Shown one piece after another: positions 13,943-27,632 of a stretch of DNA of 64,000 nucleotides. The DNA is from Octopus vulgaris. Lineage: Eukaryota. The stretch's first letter is position 1, and every line of letters starts with the position of its first letter. The position numbers and the translations under genes are program-made. A model generated the notes under the pieces. The model worked only from the letters and a program-made list of their open reading frames with translations. It was not told the DNA's origin and ran no database searches. The DNA lies in assembly GCA_951406725.2 (NCBI GenBank), contig OX597825.1, forward strand, positions 49,910,001 to 49,974,000, in the 5' to 3' direction.

Positions 13943-14616
13943 TAAGAAACAATGAGTGTCTGGAATATAACATCGGATTGAGATGCCATTGAAGAAACCA
14001 GAAAAGAATGGAGTTACACTGGAACGATAATACAGCAGAAGTCGCGAATATAAATGTCATATCACTGACAAAACTCATATATAAATGAAAAATAAATGAT
14101 CATAAATATGTATTGATTGGTTTCTAGTAACTGACAAGAAGAAAGGAAAACTTAGCTGTAAGATAAACAGTTAAAGAAGATTCAGGAAATCGACACCAAT
14201 AAATTTGCAAAGAGGGGAGTAAAAGATTAACAGAAGACAGCACACGGAGATGAAAACTTCACGAAATATTGCCGTTATTGAAATAATGTTTTATTATTGT
14301 TCTACTTGGTCTATTTAGATGGAATAAGTGAAGAATGCAAAGTGACAATTAAAGAATTATCGGTATCTTTAGTAAGATTTAAAATGATACAGTTCATAGG
14401 TAATAATTGATTTTGCTCTCTTAGGAAAGTAAGCCAAGCATTGAAACTTAGCCAAAGTACATAAGTTTTTATATATATAAACACCTTTGTAACGAGTTAG
14501 GTGATAACTATGAATTATGGTATTTATGGTGCCTGACAGTTTCCTCTTCCCCAACTTCCGCCTCCTTACTATTATTGTTATCATTTATTTTGTGATTGTT
14601 ATCATTGTTGTTACTA

Positions 14617-14762
14617 AGGTGGCGAATTGAGTTCAAATTCCGCCGAAGTCGACATTGACTTTCATCCTTCGGGGTAGATAAATTAAGTACCAGTCAAGTA
14701 CTGGGGTCGATGTAATCTACTTAACCCCTCCTCTGAACATGCTGGCCTTGTGCCAAAATTTG

Positions 14763-14768
<6 letters not shown>
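14617..14768 (+). mobile_element. SINE family A, internally deleted, followed by (ATC)n
   Basis: GAGTTCAAATTCCGCCGAAGTCGAC..TTTCATCCTTCGGGG..AAGTACCAG..GGCCTTGTGCCAAAATTTGAAA. Confidence 0.85.
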
Positions 14769-14798
<30 letters not shown>

Positions 14799-14800
14799 GT

Positions 14801-15033
14801 ATTACCTCCGCCTTAGCGAAGGCGGAGGTATTGTTTCAGTCGTATTTGTTTGTTGTTTGTTTGTTCATCCGTACAAAAGATATCTCAAGAACCGCTCGAT
14901 GATTTAGTATTCTCGTTTGCAACAGCAGCTGAGTTTATTTCAGATATTCTCATTTTAAAAATCATCACAGTCTAATCATTGAGAGGACGTTGGTATCCCC
15001 TTGACGGAGGTTTGCGCTGTCTGAGTACTCTTG
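14801..15033 (+). mobile_element. Helentron-associated (HINE/DINE-like) non-autonomous element, deleted copy
   Basis: 5' hairpin TACCTCCGCCTT-AGCG-AAGGCGGAGGTA, (GTTT)n tract, 3' subterminal CGGAGGTTTGCGC. A longer reverse copy lies at 45313-45875. Confidence 0.65.
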
Positions 15034-15068
15034 TTATTATTGTTGTTGATAATGTTATCATCATCATC

Positions 15069-15445
15069 AAGGCGTTGGACGAAATGCTTAGCGGTATTTC
15101 CTTTGCCCCTACGTTCTTAGTTCAAATTCCTCCGAGGCCGACTTTGCCTTTCATCCTTTTAGGGTCGGTTAAATAAGTACCAGTTACGCACTGCGGTCGA
15201 TATAATCGACTTAATCCGTTTGTCTGTCCATGTTTGTTCTCTCTGTGTGTAGCCCCTTGTGGGTAGTAAAGAAATAGGTATTTCGCCTGTCACTACATTC
15301 TGAGTTGAAATTCCGTAGTGGTCAACTTTGTCTCTCATCGTTTCGGGGTCAATAAACTAAGTACCAGTGAAACACTGGGGTCGATGTAATCGACTCATCT
15401 CCTCCCGCTAAAATTTCAGGCCTTGTGCCTTTAGTAGAAATGATT
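15069..15445 (+). mobile_element. Two tandem SINE family A-related copies with different 3' tails
   Basis: Two central domains (GACTTTGCCTTTCATCCTTTTAGGGTCG and CTTTGTCTCTCATCGTTTCGGGGTCAATAAAC), each followed by AAGTACCAG..GGTCGAT. Confidence 0.8.
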
Positions 15446-15929
15446 ATTATTGTTGTTTTTGTTGTTATTATTGTCACCATATAGAGAAGTCACGGAAACT
15501 TGGAACTCCATATGTTTTGAGAGTTTTGTGACTCGTTTGGGCTGTTCAAGTCTAGTTCAGTCATTTATTTGTGATAACTTTATTGCTGGTATTTTCTCTA
15601 TCGCAAAGGTGATATTTCCATTCAATTACAGTGATATTTATTTTTAACTTTTTTGTGAAAAACAAAGATTTCGATATTTCGAAATATTTCTAATAAAAAA
15701 AAAATGAAACTGTCGGAACAAGAAGCAGCTATGATAATCGACGGTGGACAGCGTTCCGTCGAAAGAGTTTTTAATGTCAATGAAGCAGCCACAATGGAGC
15801 ACGAAGGCAAGAGCAGGCAAGCTGACAAATGAAACGAATTTATCGAATCTAAGCAATGGAATTTTTTTGTTGCTATGACGATGATTAAAGTAAAAAAAAA
15901 AAATGTTAGAGATGATGGGTGGTCGGAAC

Positions 15930-16955
15930 CTGTACAGCAACGGCTTCTCTATCCCCCCATTCCACACAAAGAGTGTTACATGTACCTAGGCATAGACGGA
16001 AATGTATCATATGAAAGCACTGTGAATAAAGATAGAGTAAGCCGAGAATATTACACCAAACTTAGGAAAATATGGCAGTCAGAACACTCCTCTCACAACA
16101 AAATAATATTACACAATTCATTTGCAGTACAAGTGCTGATACCAACATTTGGGATATGCGATTAATTTATAGAGGAAATCCACTCCAAAGATATCAAAAC
16201 CTGAAAAATCCTGACAACAACTTGTAACTTCCACAGAAACAGTGATGTTGACAGGCTCTACTTAAGAAGACATGAAGGTGGTAGAGACCTGAGATCAGTG
16301 CAGACGGCCTTCGAATACTGTATCACTCAGGCAGTACCTACTAAACAGTAGCAGCAAAAATTTATATATAAATGCAGTGCAGTAATCCCAAGGTGCAATC
16401 GTATGTATAGGTTATGTCATGTTTCTGTGGAAGACATCACGCATGTGATTAACAGTTGTCCTAAAATGTTGTCACGGTACTATTTCCCTATGTGGCACGA
16501 TGTTGTTGTTTAAACAATTTATAATGTCATCTGCAATTTACAATTGCCATCCGCAATTTGCAATTTACAATGCCCTTCGCAGAAAGGACAGTCCTGAAAT
16601 AAACTTAGAAAATCCCTCTATTATAAAATACATTCAAAAACACTAACTCAAAGAATGCTGGTGAAATATTCCCAGCAAACTTCTGTCAAATGTAAACATA
16701 ACATGTCGGATACTGTTCTTTGGGACCGAGGGGCGAAGGTATGTACCATCATAGAGGTCAGCTGCCCTGCAGATATAATATCTCGTTGAAAAGCGAAGAA
16801 AAAGAGTATATCTATAGACAACTGCTTCGAAACCTCCAGCTTCTATTTCCAGACTATGAATTGATATTCATACCAAGAATAATTGCAGCACAAGGTTTTG
16901 TTAGTAAATGCCTAAAGGAGAATCTGGATAAACTGGGATTTTCAGAATTTGTCTG
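15930..16955 (+). mobile_element. R4/NeSL-like non-LTR retrotransposon fragment (RT end, zinc knuckle, REL endonuclease), frameshifted
   Basis: YMYLGI, REYYTKLRKIWQSE, DVDRLYLRRHEGGR, RLC..VEDITHVINSCP, WHDVV, IIEVSCP, EKEYIY. Confidence 0.85.
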
Positions 16956-17089
16956 AGTTAACTACCTCCTAAAGATGGAGCCTTGCATCTTTGTTGGAAA
17001 CCGGTCTCTTCTTCAGTGGAACATTTATAATGATTAAAAATAAAAGAGACATATATTTATGCTCACCATTTATATATATATATATATAC

Positions 17090-17135
17090 CAATAACACTA
17101 TATTTGTTCCACGTCCTCGCATTCTTGTGTTTTGA
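17090..17135 (+). repeat. Short fragment of the repeat at 29999-30213 in opposite orientation
   Basis: CAATAACACTATATTTGTTCCACGTCCTCGC resembles the reverse complement of GCGAGGACGTTGAACGAGTATAGTGTTATTG (30040-30070). Confidence 0.65.
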
Positions 17136-17182
17136 TTAACTGTGTGTGTATGTATGTATGTATATATGTATATATATATATA

Positions 17183-17555
17183 TCGTTTTGGGATTTGGTT
17201 TGCAAGATTCTTTATATGAGTTCGTGTGTTGAAGCATTTTCTGTTGTGTCTGGGGAGAGTCATTCGCTTTTAGTGCCTTATTTTTTAACACACTCACAGG
17301 TAAAATTTCCACATATTTCTTATTTTTATTTTCCTAAAATTTTAGAAAAATAAAGGAAATTAGTGGGAATTTTAACGGTGAATGTGTTAAATTATAAGGC
17401 ATTAAGAGAGAATGACTCTCCCAGACACAACAGAATATGCTTCAACATACAAACTCACATAAAGAATCTTGCAAACCAACTCCCAAAACGAAATAATTAA
17501 CTATTAAATAAAACTATCATCAAGTTACACTCATACATGCACGCACATACACATA
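17183..17555. mobile_element. Fold-back (inverted dimer) element, copy 1
   Basis: 17183-17339 is the reverse complement of 17340-17491 around the palindromic axis CTAAAATTTTAG (17334-17345). Flanked by (TA)n-rich tracts. Confidence 0.8.
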
Positions 17556-17589
17556 TATACTATGTGCATAATGCGAGTATATATGCATG

Positions 17590-17640
<51 letters not shown>

Positions 17641-17661
17641 ATTTATGTATATATGTATGTA

Positions 17662-17722
<61 letters not shown>

Positions 17723-17885
17723 TAAGTAAGTAAGGGTTTAGCAACGATTTGCCTCACCACACACCGAATTTAGAAATAGCAGTCAAAAAGTTTTGGCTAT
17801 TCTCTCTACTTAAAAGGGAGATCCCAGTAAAACCACAGCACTTAAAAAGCAAATGACGCAGGCAAAAGAGAAAGAAATGACGACA

Positions 17886-18310
<425 letters not shown>

Positions 18311-19841
18311 TTAATTATTTACTTTGACATTAACTCAAGTGGCCATTGAGCTGAGAATGAAGGGTAGTTCCAAATTTCTACAATTTAAGCTAGGCTATAT
18401 AAATTTCTGCAAGAGCAAAATTACAGAATTTTTTCCCGAAATTAACGGTCATACTTTAAAATCACTGTAAGCGCGAAATTTCGTAAGCTGAGGTAGTCGT
18501 AACAGAGGATGCCTGTCATACGAAATGTATAAGTACCTCACGATAGAGGGGATCGATATAGTTGCTTACATAATCCATAGACAAACCATCTGATTGATCA
18601 TTATCGTGGTAGATTTTATATAATAAGAGAGCATCTCGAGCTATGACAAAATCGTTTTCAGATTTTTTTAAAAAATCCCCATTTCTATTTTGTTTCTTCT
18701 TCTCACACTCAGCTGGAGCTTACTTTACACTAACTTTTTAATATAAATTCTTGCTCAGTCACTGCTGCATTAGAAAGAGAAACTCGAACAAAGTTTACAA
18801 TGCCAAATCACTACAAATTCTCCCAAAAGCCGAAAATTGTCAAATGTCTAAAGGTATTTCCTTTAAATGTTTCCAAGCTGTCTCACCACTCAGGATGCGT
18901 CATAATTTAAACTTGAAACAGTTTCTGCCGAATCAATTGACGTCATAGAACACATCTCCAATTTTCGTCATACTCTCTATGAAAAGGAAATGGATATACG
19001 GTTTAATTAAATATTTGTCTAAACAGGAAAGAGACGGTTACAGCTGGAATATCTGACATCATAGGTGTGCTGCAGCAGCTCTGATTTAGTGGGGAAAAAT
19101 CTCAAATTATACCGACAAGTACTAACTGCTATAGTATTCATTATGTATTATCGTTATATATACAATATGTCTACATAGAAGTCTAGATAGCCATAGCTAG
19201 AATATTTTTTATTACTCTTCTGCCAAGCCAGATCTGATCTCGGTCTATACTGTAACAAAACATCAACTGGATATAGGAAACAATGACAACTTACTCTATA
19301 TCGAAACCCTCCCGGTTGACGTGGGATTTAGATGAATGTATTTGAAAAGTTAATATTGACAAGCTATAATTCTGGTTTTTATTAACTTAAAAGTAATGGC
19401 ATTACCACTTTTCATTCTTTTCACATATCTAACTACATCTGTCATTTGGCAGTCCACATTACCATAAAACTGTCTAGACATACAGTCTTTCATGTGTATT
19501 TCTACAGATATTTTCATTACTCGACATCGCCAGTCTTTTAAATAGTACTGTATAACAATGTCATTATTGTATGCCAGAATATCTGGAAATTCTTGTTATT
19601 TTGAGATTTCTACACAAGATTTTACCTTTCCATTACTCTAAATTTCGTCTCTCTTTCCCCCTCTCTCTCTCCCCTCTCCATCTCTCTCTCTCTATGTATA
19701 TATATATATATATACAAAGACTGTCACACAAGAGAACACATGAACATATAAAGTTCACTAAAACTACATTTAAGTTTATATAGAAACACACTCACACATG
19801 CATACTTACATTCACACGCACACATATATATAATCATTATC

Positions 19842-19935
19842 TATTCAGGGCACTACCTGGAATTGAACCCGCAATCTTGGGGTTAGTAGCCCGCGCTCTT
19901 AACCATTACCCAAACATGCGTGCGTGAATTTATGA
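19842..19935 (-). mobile_element. Family B (tRNA-head/AAT/HHR repeat), head fragment only
   Basis: Reverse complement reads CATAAATTCAC...TGGTTAAGAGCGCGGGCTACTAACCCCAAGATTGCGGGTTCAATTCCAGG. Confidence 0.85.
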
Positions 19936-22789
19936 GGGTATTCGCATAGACAAGTAGTTAAGATATACATTTCTGTATTCCTGAGGTAGAATGATCGAAC
20001 AATTTGCATGGTATCATGAACACAAATCTTTCAACATACCCCCAGATTGTCCCAAGAACTGTGATTGAACTTGGTTGATGTAAGCTCTGTGAAAGCCTGT
20101 TGAAGGACTTTCCGCATAATTCCAAAGGCAGCGTTGTTACAATGTCACACCGTAAAATATCAATTTTTACTGAACGTTAAATTAAGGATATTTGTGTGTG
20201 ACTCACTTAGCCACTTACCAAAAATGAAAGGATCGAATTACAGAAATATCCTTAATTTATCTGTGTTTATGTGTTTATCACCGCCTTGATAAATGCATAA
20301 ACAGAGATAAAGATGAAAGAGACAAAGAGCGTGAAAAAGAAAGATAAGTTGTTTGAATACGAATACGTCTCACGTTGTCACCGAGATTATCATTGGGATA
20401 AATATACGCCCCCAATGAATGATAAATTATGAGCAGATATATAGGTACTACTCATGCTTGTTTTAATATAGTAATTTGATACGAGTCTATCTCACCTGCC
20501 CCTACTTTGTAATGGATGCGGTTTGTTCTTGGCTTATGTCAAGGCTGATCTATTGTCTAATCCATAGCTAAACATCAATAAAGTTTCCATAGTCCTAATG
20601 CTATGCAGACTTATTTCAGTGAAAAGCCGTTAATAAGCTATAATTGCGTTTTCTAATGAGGGTGACAACGCTATAGCTAAATGTTCCTTGTCAGTTTAGG
20701 TAGGAATTTAGACAATGGCAAAGTTTAAATGTTGTAAAGTATCATTTGGAGATATTAGAAGAACGTTCCAATGTAAACGTGTACAGATTAATGAATTGAA
20801 AAATAGTTAGATTAGTTATAACAAATGAGGTATGGCCAGTTTGCTGAATTACTTAGGTATTGGACAACTATCTCAAAGGCCAATGTTTGATTTGATGTAA
20901 TTGCTCTATTTTTGATACAATTGCTCTATTATAAGCTCTTACTATTTATATGCAAGTCAACTTCAATGGAGAAGACCTGTGACCAAAGTTTCTTTCTTCA
21001 CCGATATTGATATTTTAAGGCATTTGGACTCAATTATGAAAAGTATTATACGTTTAAGTCGGTAAAGAGTGATCTGCTACCAGTTTGACTACTATTTCTA
21101 ATATATTGAGTGACGACTCAATAGTCGTCTCGTACTCTAGTTAGTTTTTGCAAGCACGAATACCACTGTTGAACTGACGAGTGTTCTGTCTCTTTGCAGC
21201 TCCCTTTTAACTCCGTCAGTAAAATAATTATATATCTTTCAGTAAGCAATAAGGAAAATAATGAAGTGCTTAGGGACCACTGAGACTTTAAAAAGTTGAG
21301 CAATAATGTTTGCTAAATACTTTCGGGTATTTTAGCACACATTAAATAAAAGCAGTACAATTGCTATTTATTGCTATATTTTACATGAGTATGAAAGAGT
21401 AGATAACAAAACAATACAATAAGCTGTAGTCTCCATTTTAAGGTAACGCTCTTAGACTTTTTCTTCCATTATATTATGGCCTTCGTTTTTACCGGAATCA
21501 GAAGGATATGACGTCAATGAAATAGTTTAATATTTCTCTGTGCAAATATACTCGAAATATATATTTTCTATATAACCTAGAAGCAATTTGCCAGATGCTA
21601 CTACATTTTCTTTTCACTTTTAATCAGTTAATCAGGTATTATTACCAGTTATTACCTTAGAGGTAGAGAATAGTGACGCTCAGAATGCTTAGAAGACAGC
21701 AAAATAGTTTCTTCGCGTGCTCTAGCCTTTACAAATATAATAATACATTTGTATCTCATGAACTAATCCAATTTACTCAGAAATCATATACGCTAGTAAA
21801 TGTTCCAGGTTTTTACTTGTTCATGGTTGTGGTTGTTTTTTATAATATCGTATATTTCAATAAACGTATTTAAGTGCTTTTTATGACAAATTTATTTTGG
21901 CCGTCGGAATAGGAGAGTTAGATGGAAGTAAGTAAATTATTTTTGAGTGGCAATATTAAAGAAAGAACTATCCATCAATCTATTAGTGATCTATGAAGCT
22001 CACCAATTCGAAAATAAGCTCTCGTTTGAAGCTGTGTTATTAAACTATTCTCTCTTGATGGCTTTTCTTTCCTTTTGAAGCATTTCTATATTCAGCGTAT
22101 ATTGCAAAGATTAAACAAACCCATAACTAATATATGATGCACAATGTGTACTCAGTTTAATAGCGCTAAGTTGTAAAAATGTATCGGGAATTAAAGAGTT
22201 CCTTTACTACCATTGTGAATACTTTCTAATGGATTTTTATATTTCTGTAGCATAAGGACTTGAAAACCTTACCATTTATTCGTTTTACTCATATATTGCA
22301 TTTGTGGCATTTTAAATCAGTAACGTCCATAGCAATGTTTACTGGTGTTGGCATATATAGCATGGCATTTTTAAACTTGAAGGGACGAACAAAATAAAAT
22401 TGTATAATGTCGCATCACTATAACTGGTCATGGTTTCAGTGTAGTTAACGGTAATTGTAGAAGAAAACGTATGTACGTATGTGATTATGTGTGTAGAGGT
22501 GTTGGAGTGTGAATAGATATGTGTAAATGTATGTGTATATTAAGTAGAAAATAGGCATTATTGAGAAAGATATTTTAAGTCATTCCGTAAGCAAAATTAA
22601 TTCCGCAATGCCGGTAGGGTTCAGAATAAAGATGAGAGAATGTTCGTTGTATGATTCTTACAGACAGGTGAATGCAGCTTTTAAAGTCATTCTTATCTGG
22701 ATGAGAAAAGGCTTAGTAAATACTGGATGATATAGAGGATATGGTAATTTGTAATGAAGGCAGTCTGGAATTACGAGTTAACGAGTGAG

Positions 22790-22824
<35 letters not shown>

Positions 22825-25388
22825 ATATATACTTGGTGGGTTTGGAGGAAGTGTTAGTGACATGGCTTCCTCGAACGAAATAATGTGCCTTAATTTAGAA
22901 GAATAATGTACATCAAATGAGTATAACCACCCGATCAGCATTAAAAAATACGAAAACTTTCATCATGTATCTTGTTTGGAACTAATCAGTAAAACTCGAG
23001 ATGATCATAGTCTGTTTCTCTTCCATCATAGATCTGATTGATTAGAGCTTTCTTGGAACAAATCAAAGGAAAAGATGTAAGAATACTGCTAATGGCTTAA
23101 TTGGCCAAGTATAGGTCTCGAATTTAAATACCAGTAACATTCATTGTAATTACCACATTAGTGATAGAGATATATCACTAGAATATCAACGCTCAAAAGT
23201 GTCCGTGTGTTTAAGAGGTCCGGTTTACAATTCAGTGATTTCAGGTCCGATCCTGCTTCATAACATAGTGAACAAATATAGTTTTCTATATGTTATGTTG
23301 ACCCCTAACCTGTGAGTAAAACTAGAATGATAAAAAATAAGAACGGCTTGTTTTCGGGTGGTATTTTGCCGCTCCTGCAAAGCCGACATGCTCGGATTTT
23401 ACTATACTAACCCTGCTTTTATGTGACCTCAGTCCAGTTCAGTTTGCATCAAATTTTCCGGTAGGTCTCTGGTGTCAGAATAACCTATGAGTCATTTTTT
23501 TCTTCCTTCTCCCTTTCTACCAGATTGGTGATTTTCATCTATCCAAACCATATATAAAACTAAATAACAAACATAATAATAAATTGCACTAAAATCGACA
23601 ATGATGCGAGTGTGTTGGTGCAGCTTGTAGTTTTCCACCTCTCTCCACTCAAGATATGATATATAATGAAGTATTTACATCAAACAACATTTATCTTCGT
23701 GAACGAACTGAAGCGTTATATATTATTCCTTTATGCACTAATTCTAAGCATCTGAACCTAACTGTGAGGGGAGCAGAAATCTAAACAAAGAAAAACCTTT
23801 CAGTTTGGAGATTAATATGGATAAAAGTATAATGTGAACAACGTATATAATAATATCTTTCGCGAAATGGAAATGTACACAGAGATTAACAGCTTATCCA
23901 GAATGTCTGTGTGAGAATCTGAAATTAATTATGCTAATCTTGTTCTTAAGAAACAAAAATCTGTTTAATTGATGTCTATATACCTCGCTGATACGATTTA
24001 ATATTCAATGCGGATTTCAAATACGGTTTCACAGAGTACCTCCTAAAAACTTTCTAGTTGGTGTCTTTTTCTTGTAAGGTTATGATGTCGAGATATCAAA
24101 TCGTATAATTATATAGAAATGCACGTATTACTAGAATTTGTATCTGTCTCTCAAATGCAATGTATCCTGTTTAGATACATGTCTCGAAAGAAAGTTTCTT
24201 AGATAGAAGTTCAGAAATATATTATTCGTCGTAATATTGTTGCTACACAACAGAACAAGATACAGTACAACATGGCTTTGTACAATACTAATCAAGTGAT
24301 ATAGTTGTAATCTAGTTTAGAGATGTAACTTTAAACGTTGAAAAATATCTTTAACATGAGATCAGATATTGAGATTCTCTTTATAGCATATCACTGATAT
24401 TTTCAAACTTTCTGTTATCACAACAGTCATAACTTACTGAGAAACTTCTGAGACGTTACTGGCGTTCAAATTTCATATTTCTAATTCTTGAGGGTTGCAG
24501 TATGAGTGCTTGAGAGAAATTACAGAAATGTTTATTGAGTGGCTGAGATATGAGCGTCTTTGATTACAGGACGAGAGACATAGGTTGAAATGAATTAGTA
24601 GAATCAGGCAACACTTTAAGTATTGGTGAGAGAATACTTTACACTTAAGGTATGTAACAGCAGCAGCTCTGGAATTCATAAGAAGGATTTCCTGATTAGG
24701 AAAGGAAGACCTTGCATTTAGGGTACAGATTTGAGAATATTGTAAAAGACATGTCATCATGGAAGATGAAGAGGATGAAGTAAGCATTCAAAAATTAAAC
24801 TTCTTTAAAGATTTTAGTTGTAAATTGGTGTGATTAACGGCAGTACAATTGATATCTTTTTGTGAGAGAGTATTTGTTTTATCGAGACGTGTGGAGTATG
24901 CAGTATATAAAACATAAAAATATATCTTTATTGTGTACTAGCAAAAGGTTAGATGATATAAAATAATCTTGTTATAAATGAGACTTAATATAACGAGCTT
25001 TACGATGGATCTCATCAATAAAAAAAATGGGCGTGTAGGGTCAGGGAAGACAATCCAAGCAATCAGAGGGAACCATAATTGTGGGAAACCGGGAAACTTG
25101 TTAAAGTAGTTCTCGAGCAAATCAAATTTAAAGGTTTTTACAAATGTCAACAGAACAATATTGCTTTCCAGAAATATTGCATGCATGTGAGGACGATCAC
25201 TTCTTGATTTCTAAACATATTCCCTTTCTCTCAAAGACAGACGTTTGCCATTTAAGTTAGATAACTGTTCTTGTACTCTGCTAATTTCCAAGGTAATTTC
25301 TGTTATTGTGTGCAATTTAGTGTATATTTAATATATACATTTATGTATATATGTATGTATGTATGTGTGTATATGTATGTACGTGCGC

Positions 25389-25450
<62 letters not shown>

Positions 25451-25548
25451 TTATGTATGTATGTATGCATGTATGTATGTATGTGTATATACACAGTATA
25501 TATTACATAAAAACGAGACGGAAAATGGAATATATGAGAAACTTTATA

Positions 25549-25656
25549 CATCACAACGATCATTTCGACACATCGTGCATCGGTCCCTCAGGAGCTGGAT
25601 ACTGTAGAACTGGTTATGGTGCATCCCTCGATGCAGAAGTGTCTCGTAAGGTGATG
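25549..25656 (-). ncRNA. Minimal type I hammerhead ribozyme motif, core mutated
   Basis: Minus strand: CATCAC-CTTACGA-GACAC...GTGTC-GAAA-TGATCG-TT-GTGATG. Stem I CATCAC/GTGATG, stem II GACAC/GTGTC extended by TGCATCG/CGATGCA. Confidence 0.7.
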
Positions 25657-26214
25657 CTATTAGGTGTATCCTGATTCGCTCGGTTTGATACGGCATGTTG
25701 TTAGTGACCGTAGGTTTAAGCCGTGGGGCAAGTAAAAAACAGAAATGAATCTTATAAACCCAGAATACCTACACCCAGAAATGTAGGATTATAAACCCAA
25801 TTACAGCGTATATTTGTTTTAGATTAATACATCATTCTAAATCAGGCATACGAAAAAATTTGCAAATTAATTATTAACAAACTTATTCCTTACATAATCA
25901 AATCATTAAATTAAGAGTATGGGCCAATTCCATTGATTTTTTTGACTGGCTTAAAGATATTAAAGATAAAAACGTAATGCGTTTATACGAATTGATAGAT
26001 CTAGTTCTATCTCAGTTAACCTACTTTTACTTAATCTTTGCGATTAGCAACTCCGATTTATCGAAAGAGGTGTTGGACATCATTTTATCAACTACGAAAA
26101 TTATGTCAGAATTTGAAAATAAATACATTGAGAGGGTGTTGACAGCAAATGCTGACCAGTGGAAAGATTCACTTCCACAGAAAACAGAAGTGTGCGCGCT
26201 TCAGTTTGGTTAGA

Positions 26215-26437
26215 CGTTAACTGGAGCAAAGCACGACAATCAGATGATAACATAACGGGAACGATGTAAGCATTCGTCACCTCTGCCCGACACCTCAGGT
26301 ATAGCTTCCTTCTGGTCCATTTCTGAGTGTGATTGGTCACCCTGCTTGTCACTTCATCCCAGTTCTTCTCTACCTGGCGATCCGGACCAAATCAAACCCC
26401 ACGCAATTTAACTGGTCTCTCCGTCCAGCGTCCCACG
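26215..26437 (-). mobile_element. Tx1/L1-like LINE fragment (post-RT)
   Basis: GV*FGPD..KNWDEVTSRV..KWTRRKLYLRCRAEVTNAYI, homologous to 50123-50380. Confidence 0.75.
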
Positions 26438-26685
26438 ATTTAATTAGACAAACAGAGAGAGACAGGGAAAGTGAGAGAGAGAGAATGTGTTAAGTGGTTG
26501 GAACAACGAAAAGTGTTAGCTTTTTGTGTTTTGTTTTTAGTTTTTATATCACCCATCAATCAACGCATGCACTTTAGTGCTTTAACTGTAGTCTGCCCAG
26601 TCAAAACTGATAAAAAAAAAAGCGACCAGCAGATGATGTAAATCATCTTACAATTTTTAACATCATCATGGAATTTCTATGGAAA

Positions 26686-26686
26686 C

Positions 26687-26722
<36 letters not shown>

Positions 26723-26740
26723 ATAATAATAATAATAATA

Positions 26741-26783
<43 letters not shown>

Positions 26784-26800
26784 TAATAATAGTAATAATA
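26686..26800. repeat. (ACT)n(AAT)n microsatellite
   Basis: Direct reading. Confidence 0.95.
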
Positions 26801-26944
26801 ATTCAAAGATTCCACAGCAACCATCTCTAATCTTTAATTCATAACCGGAACTTAAGAACACAATTAGTTTAAGAATGTGCAGTAACAACCGATGAATGCA
26901 TCCAAGGGCTATGTGCTACGGATTTTAAGGCGAGGTTATATAAA

Positions 26945-27092
26945 CACATTATTTATATTTAACGGATATTTGTCCTCATCTGGTTAGTTGTTAACACATA
27001 TATTTCGGCTGATATACCCTCAGCCTTCAGCGGGTGTCTTGGGAAACCTCGAACCTGGGTTCTCATTCCTAAGGTATTTTTCGATGTTATAA

Positions 27093-27154
<62 letters not shown>

Positions 27155-27315
27155 ATCACTGCCTGGAATCGAACTCGGAATCTTGGGGTTAGTAGCCCGC
27201 GCTCTTAACTACTAAGCCATATGCCCGTGGGCACAGTGGTTAAGAGCGCGGGCTACTAACCCCAATATGCCGAGTTCGATTCCAGGCAGTGACCTGAATA
27301 ATAATAATAATAATG

Positions 27316-27391
<76 letters not shown>

Positions 27392-27395
27392 TAAT

Positions 27396-27450
<55 letters not shown>

Positions 27451-27632
27451 TCAAAAAATACCTTAGGAATGAGAACACAGGTTCCAAATTTCCTCAAGAC
27501 ACTTGATGAAGGCTAGAGGGTATATCAGCCGAAACGTCGTGTTAACAACAAACAAAATGAGGACAAATATCCGTCAAATTTAACTAGTGTAAATAATATA
27601 CATAATTCTTCATCTCTTAAATACAGGACTGT
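26945..27632. mobile_element. Family B head-to-head dimer (minus copy 26945-27233, plus copy 27235-27632) with 10-bp TSD
   Basis: Each copy has a tRNA-like head (box B GAGTTCGATTCC), an (AAT)n tract and an HHR motif. GTTATATAAA occurs at 26935-26944 and 27633-27642. Confidence 0.9.
27498..27543 (+). ncRNA. Minimal type I hammerhead ribozyme motif in family B
   Basis: GACAC-TTGATGA-AGGCT..AGCC-GAAA-CG-TC-GTGTT. Stem I GACAC/GTGTT, palindromic ACGT stem III. C3 position mutated to T in this copy. Confidence 0.7.

Noticed and set aside
23190-23350. Possible second SINE family copy
   Set aside because: Too degraded to support boxes A/B or boundaries by eye.
27235-27296. Possible tRNA gene (anticodon ACT)
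   Set aside because: No proper acceptor stem, multiple diverged copies, and it runs into an (AAT)n tract and repeat body. It is a tRNA-derived head, not a tRNA.
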